Shown one piece after another: positions 59,453 through 64,000 of a DNA stretch of 64,000 nt; the first letter of the stretch is position 1, and each line of letters opens with the position of its first letter. Made by a program: the position numbers and the translations under genes. Source of the stretch: Amoebophrya sp. A120 (Eukaryota; Protista; Dinoflagellata); NCBI GenBank assembly GCA_905178155.1, contig CAJINV010000004.1:8202938-8266937 (forward strand), given 5' to 3'. Under the pieces are notes generated by a model. It was not told the origin of the DNA and did not search any database. It was given only the letters and a program-made list of their open reading frames with translations.

Positions 59453-62400
59453 CTATTGTTTTTCTAACCGCTGCTGTCTCTTCGCCGGCGGGCCGGACGA
59501 TTGGTGCTCTGGTGGCACCACCTGCGCCGCTGGGGTCTTTTTTGGAGATTTATTCTTTTTCGGAGATTTATTTGGAGATTTCTTTTTCGGAGAGACGCCG
59601 CGTTCGACGTCCAGCTCGGTTTTCAGGTCCTCCGGAATTATATGCATTGCAAAAGTATCGTAGTAGTATCAATTGCAATACAAATTGCCTTAGCATGAGA
59701 AATTGAATCTGTAATGCGGATTTGCCTTGATAAAAAGATTTGTAATGCATGGCTGCAATTACTACGAGTACGATACTTTTGCACAGGATAAATCATGACG
59801 TAACCCGCGAACCCGAAGCTGGTTGTCCTGAGTAAAAACTCCCCCACCTCTTCGTAACCACGAGGGGAACTACTTGGCGATACAAAGCCGAAAGCTTTGG
59901 GAGTCACGCATGACAAGTTCCTCTCTGCATTGCAGTGCAGTTTGTGAAGATCAAGCGCATTCTCCGCATTAGAAAAGCTATTTTCTCATCCTGTTTCCAA
60001 CATTACAAATGACAAATACACGAGCGGAATATTAAATGCAAATGCCTCTCATGTTGGGGATGCGCGTTGCAAATTAAAACTTTCTTCTAATTGCAAAGCA
60101 GCATGACAACAACTCTGGGGTGGTGGTGTTTTTACCCAGCATACTGTCGCTCCCTCTTTTCCCCTTCACGGGCGAAGTGGACCGCTCTTGTATTGTGAGG
60201 AAGAGTGCCCCCCTCCCCACACCAAAATGAGACACGCCGGAAGATTTGCGATGCTGATTTGAGACCACAAGTCGTCTCTGTCTTGCAAGAAGGCAAGTCC
60301 AAAAATCTGGCCGCGCTCCGCAGGAAGTTTGTGATGCTAAGTACATGGCCTACGAAGGATATGCCTGCCTTGCTAGGCGCCTACACCACAACGCCCCCAC
60401 TCCCGCTTTGTATCTGCCTGCAGTCCTCTACTGCAAGACAAAACCGATTTGTGTACTACACAAATCCCGCATCACAGATTTCCATTTTGATATGGGGAGG
60501 AGGGATTTATTTTCCGTTTGATATCTTGCTTCGGCTTTTTCACCGGTGACGACTTCATCTCCTCGGCCTGTTTCGTCGGCGGTTTATTTATCAAGTGCAA
60601 ATTATACCTCTGTGCCTAGAAGGTTGGCGGGTTTGTCATGCAACAGGTAGCACATGACCCACGGCTCGATCCCGGTGGTGCATGCTGCTGCGCCACAAAC
60701 CCTACCTATTCCAGAGGGCTCAGAAGTATTTGCCATGCATAGGCCCGACAGCATCTTCCTCCCCTGTATTTTTCTTCTCAAAGTCGGCATCCACCGGGAC
60801 ACTTTTCGGCCAGAGGTACTGGATCTCGCGAAACGCCAGGTCTCGGTTGCCGGCGAAGGCGAGCCCGACGAACCACATCAAATAGGGGACCCCCCGGATG
60901 GGTGCGTTACCGCTCAACGACGCGTAACTCTTTCCCTCATACTCCTTTTTCGCACACTATGCACTGCAAGCGTTGCTGGGTCTGGAAGAATGCAACTTTG
61001 TTATGTTTGTCTCGCGTGCCTCTTAAATCTTTAATGCACTCGAGGAGGAAAGCACCGTCTTGTCCGTCATGCGAAAATGCAGTTTTCCATGCGGAGAGAG
61101 AAACACATAGGAGCGCAAAAACTTCTCACGCGTAAGTAAGTACCTGCATGTCGCAGTGCGCCAAACATGCAAATCAAACTAGCATCACAAGTTTCATGAT
61201 CCCGGCTCAGACATATTTTCGTTTGATACACCCTGCCGTGAATGGAGGGGAAGCAGCACGGCCGTACCGGCGACGCGGCGGCACTGTGGCACTGCAAGCT
61301 GCAACGTCGCCCACACTTTCTCCCTATGAAATGCAAATATGTCTGGGTCAGGATGTTTGCAAGGTCGTTTTTCATGCATATTTTGCATGACCCATGATGC
61401 CTGTAACGCACGGCCTGGCATCACAGATATTTAGGGGGCTTCCTCATCCCTCTTCCGCATGAGAAATGCCGTGCCCGAGTAGCACAAACTGGAGTCCTCT
61501 TGCTGGTGATGCAATACAGATTTTTTTACCATCCAAACACAGCATCACAAGTTGCATCCTTCCAGACCCAGACGCATTTGCAGTTGATACTCCACGACGA
61601 TGCGGGTCCTTGGGTCGTCCGGAACACAGACGTCCGACTATCCTATGCAAAAACGTCCCCGCTCCATAGTAACATGGGAATTTTGCACGACAAATCAACA
61701 AGCTTTGGCTGTTGCGCATGACAAGCTTGGCTTCGTATTGTAAGCGTGCTTAGCTAGCACAGCAGCATCACAAATCTAGCCCATCATGCTGATTGTAGCA
61801 TTAGAAATTTCAAAAAACCGCGATAGAATGCGTTTCACATTAGGGCTCCGCATGAGCGATATCTTAAGCATGCAGATTTGCATGAAAACTCTGGGGTGGG
61901 GGCATTTTTACTCGGGATACAGACACAACGGCACGCGCCGCCAACCGGAAGACCTCCTCAAAATCGCTCCAGTATCCCACAGAAAAAAACAGGCAGGGCA
62001 TATTTTCTGTTATCGCAAAAACTACGAATGCAAATACTTACACGGAAGTTGTATCTGCGCTGCGTATCCTAAACAGCATGCCACGGGCTCGTAAATTGCA
62101 AATCTTTCTGCAAGTTTATCTTTTTTCCCAGTATACTACACATATGCAGCCCTGCGTGCTTTTTTCTCTATGGTATCCAGGGCATCCACTGCTGCTCCGG
62201 TGGAGCAACGACGAAGCTGGTCTTGCGACCCGTGTACCGGGTTCCGTGCCGCCACACCTTGATCTGGGTATTCAAGAAAAAAACACCATCACAATCACTT
62301 TTGCACATTTTTGCAATACAAAAAATTTTGTCATGCGCAAAAATGCATCACAGCCAAGAGTTAGAGGCGATTTCCGTTTGTGTTTTTGCAATACAAGAAA

Positions 62401-64000
62401 CTTTTGTCACGCGAGACAAATTTCTGATGCAAAACCTCCTACAAGTGATTGTGATGGCGTTTTTTTCTTGGATACTGGGTGTGCTTCTTGTACTTCTTCG
62501 CCGCTTTAGCTGCTTTTTCTTTTTGTTGTTTTTCCCTTTCTTTCGCGATGAAGGTTTGCAGTTTGTCGTCCAGGTGGACCAGTATGGCCTCATCTGTTGC
62601 TTCTATGGTTAAATTCTCGTCGTCCAGGGTGGAGGACTTCTTGATGTCCCGTCTGGCACTCCGGGACCGCAGCGCAGTACCGGGTGGTTGCACGACTTGA
62701 GCGGGCGTTGGTGAATCGTTATGCACTGCAAGAAATAGGTGGTCCGGGTCTGGAACAAGTAGATCGCAACTTGTCATGCTGCATCTGATTCATGGAAACA
62801 CGTGGGTCGCATGAGCACCGCAAATGAAGCTGTCCACGGTAGTCCTCGACCAAGATGAATGTGGTTCTCATGCAGGAAAGGCATCATACTAGAGACCACT
62901 TCACAGAATCTGTCATGCAGTACGTCCCGCATTCCAGAGAACCTGCATGACAAGTCCTGCAGTCTTCCAGACTGACACAGACATATTTGCGTTTGATAAG
63001 CGTGCGGTTGGGAAGACCGTTTCGGCTGGGGGCCGGATGGTGGTGAGTTGTCGTTCTCGGTATCAATTGCAATTACGTCTGGGTCTGGAACAATACAGAG
63101 GTTTGTCATGCAGGTTTTGCACGGTCCTGGCCCAGAAGGTCTAGAAATAGAATGCACAAAGAGCATGACGAAGTCTTCGGCATCAGCTTGTCCATGCCTA
63201 GTCTGCATGAGAAATAATGCCTTCTCGTCCCGATGACAGAAATCTGACATCTGTTCGTGGGGACAATGGTGCAACACAGATTTATACATACTTATTTTCC
63301 CTGTCACAGAAGAATTCATATCACAAATGTGTACCTCTACCTTTCCAGGAGACCCAGACACACTTGCAAGAGATACTGGATGTCGGGTTGTTCAGGAATC
63401 GCGTTGTGGTCCTGGAAAGTGATACCCTGTATCATGTATTTGACCTTTACCCCGTTGCTATACTGTGTAAAACGCATCCATAAAAAATTTGTCATGCAGC
63501 TCCGCAAGTCTCGAAACACGGATGTGTTTTTGCACCTGCCGATGTTGACGAGAGGTACTTTCATCAGATTGTGCACAGGAATTTGTAGATTGTAATGTGA
63601 TTCCACCTGATTTTGACGATTGGTTTCTTTCACGCGTAGGTTTCCCAACGACTCCAAAGACGAGAGACGCAAAAGAAAACTCAAGAAGATTCTGAACACT
63701 ACGAGGAATCAGAATAGTACTCCGCTTGTAATGCACTCCGGTGCTTCTCGTGTGTAGTTTAGGTGTTCCTTTGCCTTCCAAAATAAGCTATGCCGTTTGT
63801 GCCCGTATTAGGGTGTTTAGAGGTAAGCGTAAATAATTTGTAATGCTGAAAAGCATACAAGCCCTAATAGTTTCCCGTGGAGAAGCTAATGCATCTGCAG
63901 TGAAGGTTGACAAACAAAGCATGAATTTGTAATGCTGGCGGCCGTTCTGCTCGGAAATGCCCGACAGCAATCTGTCATGCATATTTCGACCATTTGGTGA
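59453..64000 (-). CDS. Multi-exon hypothetical protein with basic SPKK-rich C-terminal region; 5' end probably beyond the window
   Basis: Frame is continuous after removing 11 elements: QQWMPWSDFEEVFRLAARAVVSDVCVPDDPRTRIVVEKVWATLQL, GVPYLMWFVGLAFAGNRDLAFREIQYLWP, VSPKKKSPNKSPKKNKSPKK. True 3' end uncertain. Confidence 0.6.
59641..59790. mobile_element. IR introner family C
   Basis: TIR; TSD AATTA/AATCA. Confidence 0.85.
59824..60143. mobile_element. IR introner family B (diverged)
   Basis: TGT..ATA on + (TAT..ACA in gene sense); flanks CTGGT/CTGTC. Confidence 0.8.
60191..60523. mobile_element. IR introner family F
   Basis: TIR; perfect TSD TCTTG. Confidence 0.85.
60589..60741. mobile_element. 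Short A-related IR intron
   Basis: TAT..ATA; TSD lost; frame restored. Confidence 0.7.
60958..61228. mobile_element. IR introner family A
   Basis: TIR; TSD CACAC/CACCC. Confidence 0.85.
61325..61589. mobile_element. IR introner family A
   Basis: TIR; TSD CTCCC/CTCCA. Confidence 0.9.
61639..61919. mobile_element. IR introner family B
   Basis: TIR; TSD CCGAC/CAGAC. Confidence 0.85.
61973..62175. mobile_element. IR introner family E
   Basis: TAT..GTA on +; perfect TSD TCCAG. Confidence 0.85.
62269..62474. mobile_element. IR introner family G (CCATCACAATCACTT arms)
   Basis: TIR; perfect TSD CTGGG. Confidence 0.9.
62720..62998. mobile_element. IR introner family A
   Basis: TIR; TSD ATCGT/AGCGT. 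Confidence 0.85.
63061..63375. mobile_element. IR introner family A
   Basis: TIR; flanks CTCGG/CTGGA. Confidence 0.85.

Noticed and set aside
38-63483. Many short ORFs with QTQTFLHLI, KCKNVWVWK or PDPDIFA motifs
   Set aside because: These are translations of family A terminal repeats in various frames, not proteins.
1-64000. tRNA, rRNA or snRNA genes
   Set aside because: None recognised by eye; a covariance-model scan would be needed to exclude them.

Overview
Eukaryotic, intron-rich nuclear DNA. By inference it is most likely the syndinian parasite Amoebophrya or a relative, whose inverted-repeat 'introner' introns are known. The window holds about 12 protein genes. All genes from 1 to 39.3 kb are on +: bromodomain protein 3' end, RS/KH/Zn-knuckle RNA-binding protein, an intronless ORF with an internal stop, multi-TPR protein, Zn-ribbon ORF, small TEN1/RPA3-like OB protein, RBBP4/MSI1-like WD40, ARP6-like and a secreted GT-like protein. 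All genes from 43.4 to 64 kb are on -: a large hypothetical, a Ubl-PPPDE/DeSI peptidase and a second hypothetical. The two blocks converge on a GC-rich repeat region containing a 100-N gap. The dominant feature is about 65 non-canonical introns of 110-835 bp from several unrelated families. They share one architecture: 5'-TAT...ATA-3' ends, terminal inverted repeats and a 5-bp target-site duplication (TSD), with an A-tract about 10 nt inside each end and internal TGTNATGC motifs in the younger families. In nearly every junction I checked, removing the element plus 5 nt restores the reading frame, with no GT-AG required. This holds in both orientations and even when the TSD has fully eroded, which points to a hairpin-measured, non-canonical splicing or excision system. 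No transposase is visible in the window. All gene models and counts were made by hand.
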